Made by a program: the position numbers and the translations under genes. Below, piece by piece: positions 32,905-43,328 of a DNA stretch of 64,000 nt. The stretch is from Verrucomicrobiota bacterium (GTDB taxonomy: Bacteria; Verrucomicrobiota; Verrucomicrobiia; Limisphaerales; Palsa-1400). Where the stretch lies: the NCBI GenBank assembly GCA_049510745.1, contig JBEKYR010000003.1, positions 51,640 through 115,639 on the forward strand, in the 5' to 3' direction. How positions within the stretch are numbered: the first letter of the stretch is position 1; each line of letters starts with the position of its first letter. The notes beneath the pieces are model-generated. The model was not told where the DNA came from. It saw only the letters and a program-made list of their open reading frames with translations, and made no database searches.

Positions 32905-34196
32905 CAGCGCAATCCTTTCTCGAAACGGCGCTTGAAGAGAAAGGCCGCCAGGGCGACGCCCAGCGCGCCGAGCGCGGCCAGTTTGGCCGCGGGGATGAAC
33001 CACGAGGCGTCCGACCACCACAGTTCCCGCGCCGTGGCGGCGAACCAATAGGTCGGCAGGAGCGGCGCGAGATGTTTGCCAACCGCGGCGGGCAATTGGT
33101 CCGGCGGAAACATGCAGCCTCCGGCCATGCTGAAAACCATGCTCAAGACGTTGTTGAGGGCGTTGGCGCGGCGTTCGTCCGGCATGAGGGCGACGGTGAC
33201 GGCCATCAAGCCGGTGGCAAACCACACGTAAGCCAGCGTCAACAGGCCGAGCTGGAGCGGTCGTGGCCAGCGGAAATGAAAGAGCAACTGCCCGCCGGCC
33301 AGCATGATCGCCGCACCCATCGAAACGATGACGACCGTAAAAAGCGCCTTGGCCGCCACGAAGGGAAGCAGGCGGTCGCGCAGGGTGTGGTAACGCTCGA
33401 AGGTGCCCTGCCACAATTCGCGGTGCAGATCCGCCATCGCCTGGCTGGCGAGCAGGAGCAGGAACATTGCCGCCAAACCCACCAATAAATAGGCGAAGAT
33501 ATTAAACTTTGGCGCCGATCTTTCCCGCGGCCCTGAAGTTGAAGCGGCGGATTTTGGGCCGGCGTCCGCCGGGGCGTCGGCGGGCGCGGCGCTGTTGGTG
33601 TAGCCCACCAAGGGCGGGAAAAGGTATTTGCGCGCCGCCTGAAGTTTGTTGCCGGTCTGTTCGATGAGCCGGGCGGCCTCGTGGTAGTCGCCCCGGCCTT
33701 CGATCACTTCGCGCCAGGCGGGGAATTCGGAATTGAAATTGCGCGAGAGGCCGTTGAGGGCGCTGACGACGACTTGCAGCAATTCCTCCAAGACGGCCGG
33801 GTGAATTTGCTCCGCCGGATTCTTGACTAATTCGAGCTGGACGTTCCGGCCGGTCAGATAGTTGGAGGCGAAATGCGGCGGAATGACGAGGATCGCGCTG
33901 AGCTTTTCGTCTTTCAACTGCTGCTCCGCCGCGTCGCGCTCCAGAAAAACGGGTTCGAGATACTGGCCGGCTTTGCCCTGGTTGGCCGCGCCGCGCAGGA
34001 AGTCCGCCAGGGGCGACTTGTCTTGATCGACGACGGCGAATTTGATCCGGCCGAGGCTGTTGTCATTGCCGCTCCAGCCGCCGAAGACCATCCCGATGAC
34101 CGCCGTGATGAGAATGGGCAGGGAGAGGTTCAGCAGCCAGGGCAGGGGGTTGCGCCAGGCGCGCCGCAGGTCTTTGGCGAGGAGAGCGCGCAGCAC
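32904..34196 (-). CDS. ABC-2-type transporter permease
   Basis: Same architecture as its neighbour. GTG start 1 nt after the ATPase stop. Confidence 0.8.
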   Translation of the reverse strand: MLRALLAKDLRRAWRNPLPWLLNLSLPILITAVIGMVFGGWSGNDNSLGRIKFAVVDQDKSPLADFLRGAANQGKAGQYLEPVFLERDAAEQQLKDEKLSAILVIPPHFASNYLTGRNVQLELVKNPAEQIHPAVLEELLQVVVSALNGLSRNFNSEFPAWREVIEGRGDYHEAARLIEQTGNKLQAARKYLFPPLVGYTNSAAPADAPADAGPKSAASTSGPRERSAPKFNIFAYLLVGLAAMFLLLLASQAMADLHRELWQGTFERYHTLRDRLLPFVAAKALFTVVIVSMGAAIMLAGGQLLFHFRWPRPLQLGLLTLAYVWFATGLMAVTVALMPDERRANALNNVLSMVFSMAGGCMFPPDQLPAAVGKHLAPLLPTYWFAATARELWWSDASWFIPAAKLAALGALGVALAAFLFKRRFEKGLR

Positions 34197-34197
34197 G

Positions 34198-35130
<933 letters not shown>

Positions 35131-35212
35131 GCGGGCATCGTAGGGGGCGCGCGACGGAGGGCAAGCGTTATGTGTTCAGCGGCGCGATAGTCGCTCCGTC
35201 AGGGGCCTCGCT

Positions 35213-37675
35213 TCATCGGGCCGTGAGCTGCAATTGGTAACGGGGAATGATTTCGACGCTCCGGAGCGTGGCAACGCCGGCTGCCTCGCCGAAATCCGGG
35301 CGCGCGTTTTCGGCCAGATAAATGGGCGCGTCTTTGCGCAGCGGAAGAATGGCAATGCGCAGGCCGCCCTTGAGAACGTCGGGAGCGTGACGGCGCAATC
35401 CGACGTCAAACGCGTTGCCGTTGTAAAAGTCATCGGTAATAAATTTGCCGTCCAGGATCACGCGGGCGACGTCGCCGACGTAATGAAACCGAAGAATAGG
35501 ATCGGCGCCGAGGTCCAAACGAGGCGGGATTTTCACGCGCCAAACCGCCGCCGCTTCAAAGTCCGAATCCAAAGGAGCGGCGGCAACGGGCTGCTTGATT
35601 TTGCCGACGGGAATTTCCCGCGGCGGCCCGGCGGCCCGCACCTTTTTGAAAGTGGCCTTGAGTTTGAAAGCTCGCGGGGCATGGGGAGTAAAGCGCTGGA
35701 AGACGCCCTCGGTTTTGGGCGCAAGATCGCTGCCCCCGGATTCGAGCGCGGAGGGGGCCGGGTAAATCGCCACGGTGAGGTCAGCCGGGTCGGCAGAGGC
35801 CAGGCGGAGATTGTCTCCATCGAGGACGAGGCCGGCACGAGTGAGAAAGACCCGGTCGCGACCCCGCAAATTGCCTTTCCACAAAGCCAGGGAGCCATTC
35901 TTATCAAGCACAACGAGCTGGAGCGAGCGCCCATCCGCCAGCCGGACCCTGGCCGCGACCTCCGCGCCCGGCGTTATATCGCGGAGCAGGGTGGCGTCTT
36001 CGCCGCGGGTGAGGCGGCCGGTGACGGCTTCCAGCGGCGGGCTGTTTGTTTCGAAAGCAAATTGCGCGGGAACGCCTTCGGTTTCCGCGAAAAAGACGGT
36101 GCGCACCTGGCCGTCGTCAATGGCGGTGAGCGGCTGCGCGGTGGCCCAGAGCAGCCGAACGCCCTGGCCAAGATCGAGATGGAACGGCCAGAGGAGGCAG
36201 GCGCCGGACGGAATGGTGACGGGGTTTTGCGGGAAGAGCAGGGGGCCGGCCGGAAGACGGATCAGGAACTGCACGTCCTTTTTCGGAGGCATGTCCTGCA
36301 GGCGCTGATAATTATTGACGAAAACGAATCCGCTCTCGCCGTCGGAGCGAACACTCCAGCGCAGGGTGTCAAAGTCATTTTTTCCCTGCGGGCGCTGATC
36401 CGGCAGGGCCGCGGGCATTCCCGCCAAAACCGAACCCCACTCGTGAAGGAAAAGATGGAGGCGCCGCAAGAGGTGGTATTGCCCGCGGATTTGACCATAC
36501 TGGCCGAGCGGGGCCTGGAAGTCGTAGTTCTTGACGGGCATGTCATTCCAGTACTCGGTGGCTTGCGATTCCATCAAGGTGGTCAACTTGCCTTCGGGAT
36601 TGACGCCGCCGTGATACATGTAGTAGCCGGGCAAGGTGCTGCCCGAGCCGAGCTTGATGAGCGTGGTGGACTCGACGTCCTTGGGATTGACAAGAATGCG
36701 CCGGTGGTAGCTGTTCATCATGCCGCCCCCAATTTCGCAGGTGAGATACGGATATTGTTCCGAGTCCGGCGGGTCTTCCGCGCCGCCTTCGCCGGGAATC
36801 CCGCCGGCGGTGGCATCATCCATGCGGAAATTGGAAAAATGAAACCCTTTCCAATAGCCCGCCGGCATGGGCGTGAGAACCCGGTCCCAAAAACCTTCCG
36901 CATAGACGCCGTAGAGGGGGACGATTTCGCCGAAGGGCAGGCGCCCCGAGGGTTGGTTCCAGCCGGTGCGCGTGTAGAGCGGGGCGTCCAGCCCCGCTTC
37001 CCGGCCGATGCGTTTGAGCGTCAATAAATGTTCGGCGGGGCCGCTGTATTCGTTTTCGAACTGGATGCCAATGACCGGTCCGCCGTCCTTCCAGAACAGC
37101 CCGTCAAGCTGCCGGGCGATCTCGCCGTAGAGGATTCTTGTCTTGTCGAGATAATTCGAATCGTTGGCGCGGGTTTCCCAGCCTTTTTTCAGAAGCCAGT
37201 CGGGGAAGCCGCCGTTGCGCGCTTCGCCGTGGTCCCAGGGACCGCACCGCACAAAAGCCTTCAGCCCGACTTCCTGGCAGAGTTGAATGAAGCGCCGCAA
37301 GTTGCGCGATCCCGACCAATCAAATTGTCCTTCAATCTCTTCGTGAAAAATCCAGAAAACGTAGGTGGAGACGATGTCAACGCCGCCGGCCTTCATCTTG
37401 AGCAGCTCTTCGCGCCACTCCTGCTCCGGGTAGCGGGCGAAGTGAAACTCGCCCATCACAGGCGTCCACCGCTTGCCGTTGAGCAGGAGGCTGCCGCTAT
37501 CAAGCGTCAGCGTGGCGCCGTCCGGGCGGCGGGCGCCGCCCATGTTGAAGCCTTCCGTGACAGGAGGCTTTGGCGCGGTAATGGTGATGGTGTGGCCGTC
37601 CGCCAAGGCGATCGCGGGAGCCAGAAGGGCCAGGCACGTTGTCAACCCAAGTTTCCGCAGGTCAAATCCAGTCAC
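35213..37675 (-). CDS. GH35-family beta-galactosidase (secreted)
   Basis: GEFHFARYP...VSTYVFWIFHE...GPWDHGEARNGGFPDWL...GGPVIGIQFENEYSG are GH35 hallmarks. Confidence 0.9.
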   Translation of the reverse strand: MTGFDLRKLGLTTCLALLAPAIALADGHTITITAPKPPVTEGFNMGGARRPDGATLTLDSGSLLLNGKRWTPVMGEFHFARYPEQEWREELLKMKAGGVDIVSTYVFWIFHEEIEGQFDWSGSRNLRRFIQLCQEVGLKAFVRCGPWDHGEARNGGFPDWLLKKGWETRANDSNYLDKTRILYGEIARQLDGLFWKDGGPVIGIQFENEYSGPAEHLLTLKRIGREAGLDAPLYTRTGWNQPSGRLPFGEIVPLYGVYAEGFWDRVLTPMPAGYWKGFHFSNFRMDDATAGGIPGEGGAEDPPDSEQYPYLTCEIGGGMMNSYHRRILVNPKDVESTTLIKLGSGSTLPGYYMYHGGVNPEGKLTTLMESQATEYWNDMPVKNYDFQAPLGQYGQIRGQYHLLRRLHLFLHEWGSVLAGMPAALPDQRPQGKNDFDTLRWSVRSDGESGFVFVNNYQRLQDMPPKKDVQFLIRLPAGPLLFPQNPVTIPSGACLLWPFHLDLGQGVRLLWATAQPLTAIDDGQVRTVFFAETEGVPAQFAFETNSPPLEAVTGRLTRGEDATLLRDITPGAEVAARVRLADGRSLQLVVLDKNGSLALWKGNLRGRDRVFLTRAGLVLDGDNLRLASADPADLTVAIYPAPSALESGGSDLAPKTEGVFQRFTPHAPRAFKLKATFKKVRAAGPPREIPVGKIKQPVAAAPLDSDFEAAAVWRVKIPPRLDLGADPILRFHYVGDVARVILDGKFITDDFYNGNAFDVGLRRHAPDVLKGGLRIAILPLRKDAPIYLAENARPDFGEAAGVATLRSVEIIPRYQLQLTAR

Positions 37676-37777
37676 AAAAAAAAGCCCGGTTCATCAGTTT
37701 CGAAAACTCGCGGTTCAAACCAGGCTGTAAGCGGGGTCAACCGCTTGCAGCCTTTCTGGATTTGGAGTTTGAGTGAT

Positions 37778-40700
37778 TTAACGCCCAATAAGCCGGAAGT
37801 ACTTCTGGGACCCGGCAACGGACACTGTCAGCGAATGTTGCCCCAGCGTGTTGGGCACATCCTGCCAATTCGACGGGCTTAAGCTCGTTGCGCTCTGCAG
37901 GTTCACCGCCGCGTTTCCGACCCAAGTCAGCGTGACCGAACCGTTCACAAGGGGGCCGATGTTGAGGCCGCCAATGAGGCTGCCCGGACCGGTGGCTTGA
38001 ATGGTGAAAGAATTGTAATTAAGGTCCGCGCCGGACGTGCCAAAATGCTGGAACAGCAAGCCCGCGGCCGTGATCGGCCCGCTCAGGTTTTGGGCCGGCG
38101 GCCCCCCCACGATCACGCCCGCCGTGCCAACAAGGGTGAGAGTCTTCCACTGCGACGCCAAGGGGCTGTATAGTTGCGGGCCTGAAGCGGGAAGAGTGGT
38201 GTAAGCCGTTGTGGACAAGGGAGTGGCGGGGGAAGAAGTGGCCGGCTCCACCGGTGTGGCCATGGCATACCATTGGCCCCCCTGCTGCACGGCGAATGAG
38301 GCGGAGGCGTTGGTATAAGCCGCGTTGCCCGCCTCCATACTCGTTGAAAACCCGATGCTGCCGGCCGGATAGTTCGCAGGGTCGAAGGCGATGAACGGCA
38401 GTCCCGAAAAGCCGGTGTCACTTGCCGTCGAAGCGTAAAAGAGGGAATTGGTCGGGGTTCCTTCATAAGCGTAAGCCGCCCCCGTGCCAGCCAAGGCGCT
38501 GCCGATTTGGAAAACGCGAGCCGGAAAATCCGATTGGTTCGTCCAGCCAATAAGGCCAAGGGGCTGATTATTCGCGCTCCCCGCAGGGATTGGCTTATAA
38601 AGAGGGAAAGACTCATTGTAAATCAGGCCGAGCGGCGGAGGGTTCACCGTCAAGGTGGGAAGCCCGTAGGTATCGTTTGGACTGCTGGCAAGATCCGTCG
38701 TGCCGGCCGGGTTGGAGACAGTCGGATCATAAGCTCCCGCGTCCGCGCTGCTGACATTTTGGATGGTGATTTCCGTGGTCTGTGCTCCGCTAATAATGGA
38801 CCCCGTGGCGGTCGTGCCATTGGTCAGATAAACGCCATTGAACTGCCAGTTGTTGGTGAGCGGAAGCGTGCCGGCCTCCGTAAAATAGAAGGACGCTCCG
38901 CCGCCCGCGTAAACCGTCTGCGGATAAGGCACGTCCGGCAGGGAGGGGAAGCTGGCCAGAACGGGCGGGGTTGAATCCGTGACCAGGGCAAAATCATTGA
39001 CAAAGTACTCCGCGGCAGTGCCGGCGAAAACGAAGACCAGCCCGGCGCCGATGATGTCTCCGGTAAGATCGGCCGCGGCGCCCGATCCGATGGTGGCGGA
39101 ACTCGGGCCGACCGTCAGCGTGTTCCACTCCTGCATGGCTGGACTGAATTGCAGCCCGTAGGTGTTGAACAGAGTGGGATTGGGGGCAAACAGGATGGCG
39201 GACGAACTCACATACCACTGGCCTCCCGTCATCTGGACCGCGAAGTAGATGCTCGCGGTGGTGTCGGCAGTCGGGTCGGCGATCGAGGCGCGAAAAGACA
39301 CAAAGGGGTAATTGCTGGGGTTTATGGCCGTAAAAGGCAAGCCTGACAGCCCGGGAACGTCCGAGGCGGTTGAGGTGAAAAAGCCCGTTGTCGTGGCCGT
39401 GGTTTCATAGGCATACAAACTTCCGCTTTCGTCAAGACGATTGGGATTGTCCGCGGAGGGAACGGCGCCAAACCATCCGATCGCCGCCAGCGGCTCGCCG
39501 GCGGGGAAGGGTCCCACAAAGGGGAATGTTTCCGCGTACAAAACGTCGCTCGGGACAGGATTGACGGTCAAAGTATTGGTCGTGTAGTTGGTGCTGTAAT
39601 CCGCGCCATAGAGATTGCCGACCTCGACTGAATAAGTTCCCGCGTCGGCGGAGCTGACATTGGAAATGGTGATCAGGTTGGAAGCCGCCCCGATGACAAA
39701 GGACCCGGTTCCAGCAGCCCCGTTATGAAGAACAGTGGAGCCGCCAGGCGTCGTCAATGTCCAGGTGTAGGTCAAAGTGGGTGTGCCGACGAAGGCATCG
39801 ACCGCAAACGACGCGGTCCCCCCTGCATAGGCTGTCTGGCTGAAGCCCGGCGCGTCAATCTTTGGCGCGACGGCGCCGCTCGGATTGACCAGCGGCGTCG
39901 TAACGCTAAAAGTGGCGTAATTGATGCCGTAACCGGTGGTGCCGCCCGCGTACGCCGGGTCCCCAACGAGCACGATCCCAACGCCGGTGATCGGACCGGA
40001 CAAATTGGACGTCGCCAGACCGCCGATAATGACGGAGCCAGCAGGGTCCAAGGCACCCTCCTGGAATGTCAGGGTGTTCCAATAGCTGGCGAGGGGATTA
40101 AACACCAGACTGTTGAGCGTGAAAAAAGGGTTCCCGGGAGCGTTGTTCGTAAATCCGTTGGTGGAGACATACCATTGTCCGCCCACTCCGGCGACGGCGC
40201 CGATTTGAACCGCAAAATAGTTGGTCGCATGGGTGGTGGCGTTGAACTGGGACTCCATGTTCAAGACCACTCCGCCCGGATAATTGGCCGGGTTGATATC
40301 GGTGAACGTAGAGTCGCCGTCAGTGCCGGGGCCGTTGGTGTCGGTCGTGTAAAAAATTCCGACGGAGTTGGCTTGGTCCAAGGACGCATAAAGGGCATTA
40401 TTGGTGCCATTCATGTTCCCAAGGGGGGGAGGAGGGAAAGTCACACCCGTGCCAGGGTCTAAGCTCCCGGCTGCGGCGTACGACCCGGTGTAGGCAATGC
40501 CGGATGCGCTCCAGCCAACATCGGCCAAGTCCGCGGCCCCGTTCTGGGTGCCCGTGGCGTTGAAGAAGGGGGTGCCCCAGTCTTCCGCATAGATGGTGGC
40601 GGAGGGCGGGGTGGAAGTCGATGGAACGGACGCTGAGATGACAATCTCATTGTAATTCCAACCGCCGGGACCCACCTGAACAATACCGACACCGGTGATC

Positions 40701-41902
40701 GGACCGGACAAATTCGCCGTCGCCGCCGAACCGATGGTAACGCTGTTGGCGTTGAGGGTCAGTTGATTCCAGGCGGATGCAAGGGTGGTATAAGGCGTGC
40801 TGGCAAGCGTAAACTGGGGGTAACTGGGATCGGAGCCTGTCAGCGCGGTGGCCGATACATACCATGCCCCGCCCACCTGAACGGCAAAGTAGTTGGCGGC
40901 AGTGGTGCCTTCGTCGCTCGCTTCCACGGAAAGAGTCAGGCCCGTGTGTTGCGTCGGGTCAATGGCGTTGAACGAGGTGTCGCCGCCGCTTCCGGCGCCG
41001 GCGCCCGCCACGGTGTAAAACATCCCGTTTTGCCCTGCTGACAAGCTGGTGAAATAAGCCGTGCTCTTGGGCAATGGATTGCCGCTGGAGGAGTCGGTTG
41101 CGCCCGTGGCTGGGTAGAAGCCCTCCCACGGCGGGCCGCCGGAAGGCGCTACGAGAGTCCAACCCACAGCCGTGAAACTCCCGCCTCCGTTGGTCGTGCC
41201 CCAATCTTCTGTATAAACGATCGGGGACGGAGTAGCTGAGATGACAATCTCATTGTAATTCCAACCGCCGGGACCCACCTCGACAATGCCGACGCCGGTG
41301 ATCGGACCGGACAAATTCGCCGTCGCCGCGGCGCCGATGGTGACGCTGTTGGCGCTGAGGGTCAGTTGATTCCAAGCGGAGGCAAGGGTGGTATAGGGCG
41401 TGCTGGTGAGCGTAAACTGCGGGTAACTGGGATCGGAGCCTGTCAGCGCGGTGGCCGACACATACCATGCTCCGCCCACCTGCACCGCAAAGTAGTTGGT
41501 GGCGGTGGTGCCCTCGTCGCTCGCTTCCACGGAAAGAGTCACGCTCTGGAATTGCGTCGGGTCAATGGTGGTGAACGAGGAGTCGCCGCCGCTTCCGGCG
41601 CCGGCGCCCGCCACGGTGTAAAACATCCCGTTCTGCCCCGCCGCCAAGCTGGTGAAATAAGCCGTGCTCTTGGGCAACGGCTTGCCGCTGGAGGAGTCGG
41701 TCGCGCCCGTGGCTGAATAGAAGCCCTCCCACGGCGGGCCACCGGAAGGCGCTATGAGAGTCCAACCCACAGCCGCGAAATTCCCGCCTCCGTTGGTGGT
41801 GCCCCAATCTTCTGTATAAACGATGGTGCTTGCGGCCGAGGCATGCGGGAGCGCGCCAAAAAGGGCGGCGGCAAGGACGATGAGTGACAGTAATTTTTTC
41901 AT
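37778..41902 (-). CDS. 1374-aa secreted protein: five copies of an unrecognised ~200-aa module, two Ig-like domains and a C-terminal FRL-type domain
   Basis: Signal peptide MKKLLSLIVLAAALFGALPHASA. Module landmarks recur five times: Y(T/A/N)E(D/T/S)(W/F), (V/I)GW, F..I(D/N)P..(F/Y), (Y/S)FAVQ..GG.WY(V/A), W(N/K).LT, NL(S/T)G(P/D)I(T/I)G(V/A)G. Confidence 0.85.
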   Translation of the reverse strand: MKKLLSLIVLAAALFGALPHASAASTIVYTEDWGTTNGGGNFAAVGWTLIAPSGGPPWEGFYSATGATDSSSGKPLPKSTAYFTSLAAGQNGMFYTVAGAGAGSGGDSSFTTIDPTQFQSVTLSVEASDEGTTATNYFAVQVGGAWYVSATALTGSDPSYPQFTLTSTPYTTLASAWNQLTLSANSVTIGAAATANLSGPITGVGIVEVGPGGWNYNEIVISATPSPIVYTEDWGTTNGGGSFTAVGWTLVAPSGGPPWEGFYPATGATDSSSGNPLPKSTAYFTSLSAGQNGMFYTVAGAGAGSGGDTSFNAIDPTQHTGLTLSVEASDEGTTAANYFAVQVGGAWYVSATALTGSDPSYPQFTLASTPYTTLASAWNQLTLNANSVTIGSAATANLSGPITGVGIVQVGPGGWNYNEIVISASVPSTSTPPSATIYAEDWGTPFFNATGTQNGAADLADVGWSASGIAYTGSYAAAGSLDPGTGVTFPPPPLGNMNGTNNALYASLDQANSVGIFYTTDTNGPGTDGDSTFTDINPANYPGGVVLNMESQFNATTHATNYFAVQIGAVAGVGGQWYVSTNGFTNNAPGNPFFTLNSLVFNPLASYWNTLTFQEGALDPAGSVIIGGLATSNLSGPITGVGIVLVGDPAYAGGTTGYGINYATFSVTTPLVNPSGAVAPKIDAPGFSQTAYAGGTASFAVDAFVGTPTLTYTWTLTTPGGSTVLHNGAAGTGSFVIGAASNLITISNVSSADAGTYSVEVGNLYGADYSTNYTTNTLTVNPVPSDVLYAETFPFVGPFPAGEPLAAIGWFGAVPSADNPNRLDESGSLYAYETTATTTGFFTSTASDVPGLSGLPFTAINPSNYPFVSFRASIADPTADTTASIYFAVQMTGGQWYVSSSAILFAPNPTLFNTYGLQFSPAMQEWNTLTVGPSSATIGSGAAADLTGDIIGAGLVFVFAGTAAEYFVNDFALVTDSTPPVLASFPSLPDVPYPQTVYAGGGASFYFTEAGTLPLTNNWQFNGVYLTNGTTATGSIISGAQTTEITIQNVSSADAGAYDPTVSNPAGTTDLASSPNDTYGLPTLTVNPPPLGLIYNESFPLYKPIPAGSANNQPLGLIGWTNQSDFPARVFQIGSALAGTGAAYAYEGTPTNSLFYASTASDTGFSGLPFIAFDPANYPAGSIGFSTSMEAGNAAYTNASASFAVQQGGQWYAMATPVEPATSSPATPLSTTAYTTLPASGPQLYSPLASQWKTLTLVGTAGVIVGGPPAQNLSGPITAAGLLFQHFGTSGADLNYNSFTIQATGPGSLIGGLNIGPLVNGSVTLTWVGNAAVNLQSATSLSPSNWQDVPNTLGQHSLTVSVAGSQKYFRLIGR
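40620..41824. repeat. 603-bp tandem duplication inside the giant gene (modules 1 and 2)
   Basis: The IVYTEDWG codons start at 41824 and again at 41221, exactly 603 nt apart. The two 201-aa peptides are near-identical. Confidence 0.9.
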
Positions 41903-41949
41903 ATTTGATTGGATCAGTCTAAGGTTTGGAACTCGGACACGAATTACCG

Positions 41950-42320
41950 CTAATTATATGCGTTCATCCACACGGGCCAGCGGACGGGAGGATCGGAAAT
42001 CCACCCCGGATTCCAATTCAACGACCACAGCGGCTTTAAGCCGACGGCTCGGACGGACGAATCGAGGAAGGCCATATTCTCCGGATTCCTGCCGCCGTGC
42101 CGCACCAGGGAAAATTCGCTCAAGCCGCCGTCCTGGACGGGAGTTTGGAGGCCTTGCGCTGTGGGCGGCGGATCAGTCGGATTGGGAGTGGTTCCATCCC
42201 AAATGCCGTCACCAAATACGGGGGTGATATGCAGCGGGCCTGCGATGGACATTTTCAAGCCGTAGAGACTGCCGTTGAATTCGAAACTGCCCTCCTCCCC
42301 CGCGTAACCCCATTGTGCAA
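41950..42320 (-). pseudogene. H-X9-DG-type pseudopilin-like protein, C-terminal fragment
   Basis: ...SLVRHGGRNPENMAFLDSSVRAVGLKPLWSLNWNPGW... matches the C-terminal H-x(9-11)-D motif region of prepilin-type H-X9-DG proteins. No N-terminal prepilin helix. The frame closes at 42370. Confidence 0.45.
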
Positions 42321-42769
42321 TCGGATACCTCGTTACCGAATTCGGCGAATGGGCTCCCGAACGCCACCGCTACGGTAAAATCGAACTCGTTCAGTTCACG
42401 CCAGACCGCAAACGCCACCTCTTCCAACACCTTCGCGCTCAATTCGAGAACCTCAAACTCCGCGTCCCCCCAATACGCACCATCCGCGAGGACCTTCACT
42501 CCGTCACCCGCACCTGCTCAAAAAAGGGCCAATTTTCTTACGCCGCCGCACAAACGGCAGACGGCCATGCCGACCGCTGCACGGCATTGGCCCTTGCGAT
42601 TAACGCAACCGGTCAAGGCTACATTGCGCCCTACGCCAGCGGAGTAGAACTCGAATTTGCTGAAAACCAACGTGCCATCAGCGGTTCAGCCTACGAACGG
42701 AACCGCGAAGCAATGGACCGCAGAGCCGAACGCAGATGGGGCGTCAAAACCGAACCCAAATACTACTGA
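42308..42769 (+). pseudogene. phage terminase large-subunit nuclease-domain fragment (no start codon)
   Basis: The frame is open from the TAA at 42305. Hand translation: ...YGKIELVQFTPDRKRHLFQHLRAQFENLKLRVPPIRTIREDLHSVTRTCSKKGQFSYAAAQTADGHADRCTALALAINA.... The GHADR..ALALA ending is typical of terminase RNase-H-like domains. The ATPase half is absent. Confidence 0.5.
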
Positions 42770-43328
42770 CCCTTTCGCCAGAGTGCCGCAAAGCTGGCCG
42801 GTCAAGGCCCCGGCTCACTTTGCGGCACACTGGCTCACCCCGGAAACCGCAATCAGTCACGCCGTGGCAAGCTGTTTCGCAGGGCGCTCGTGTCCGCAGC
42901 CGTGCAGCACTCGCCACCCTGCAAAACAGCTTGTCACCGCGTGAGCTTTCCGCTACGCTCCACACATGGCCGTCAAACCGGCGTGATCTTTGCAAGTTTG
43001 CAAACCTCGTTCCGCAAGGTAGGGAAAGGGAGCGGATAGCACCTATTCGCCCCTATTCGCGCCTAATCGCGCCAATAAAAAAATAAATTTCGCCACTCTC
43101 CGGCCCCTTCCAGCCCAGAAACGGATGATCCTCGGTCGTCACATGGCCATCAACGTCATCACCTGTCGGGGCGTCACAGCGCGCATCCGTCATACAGGCT
43201 TCGTCCCTCAGCTTGGTTAGTCAGCACCGCCCGGTGGAGGGGGATGGGGAAGCACATCTATATCGGGACCGTTCCGCAGCCAAAAAAGGAACCTCGTGCC
43301 TCGTGCATAGTGTTGGCTGCTGCACTGT

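Noticed and set aside
42209-42499. 96-aa minus-strand ORF. I first read it as the missing upstream part of the pseudopilin pseudogene, joined by a frameshift.
   Set aside because: It is the antisense of the plus-strand terminase-like frame, which gives a much more protein-like and recognisable translation (GHADRCTALALA).
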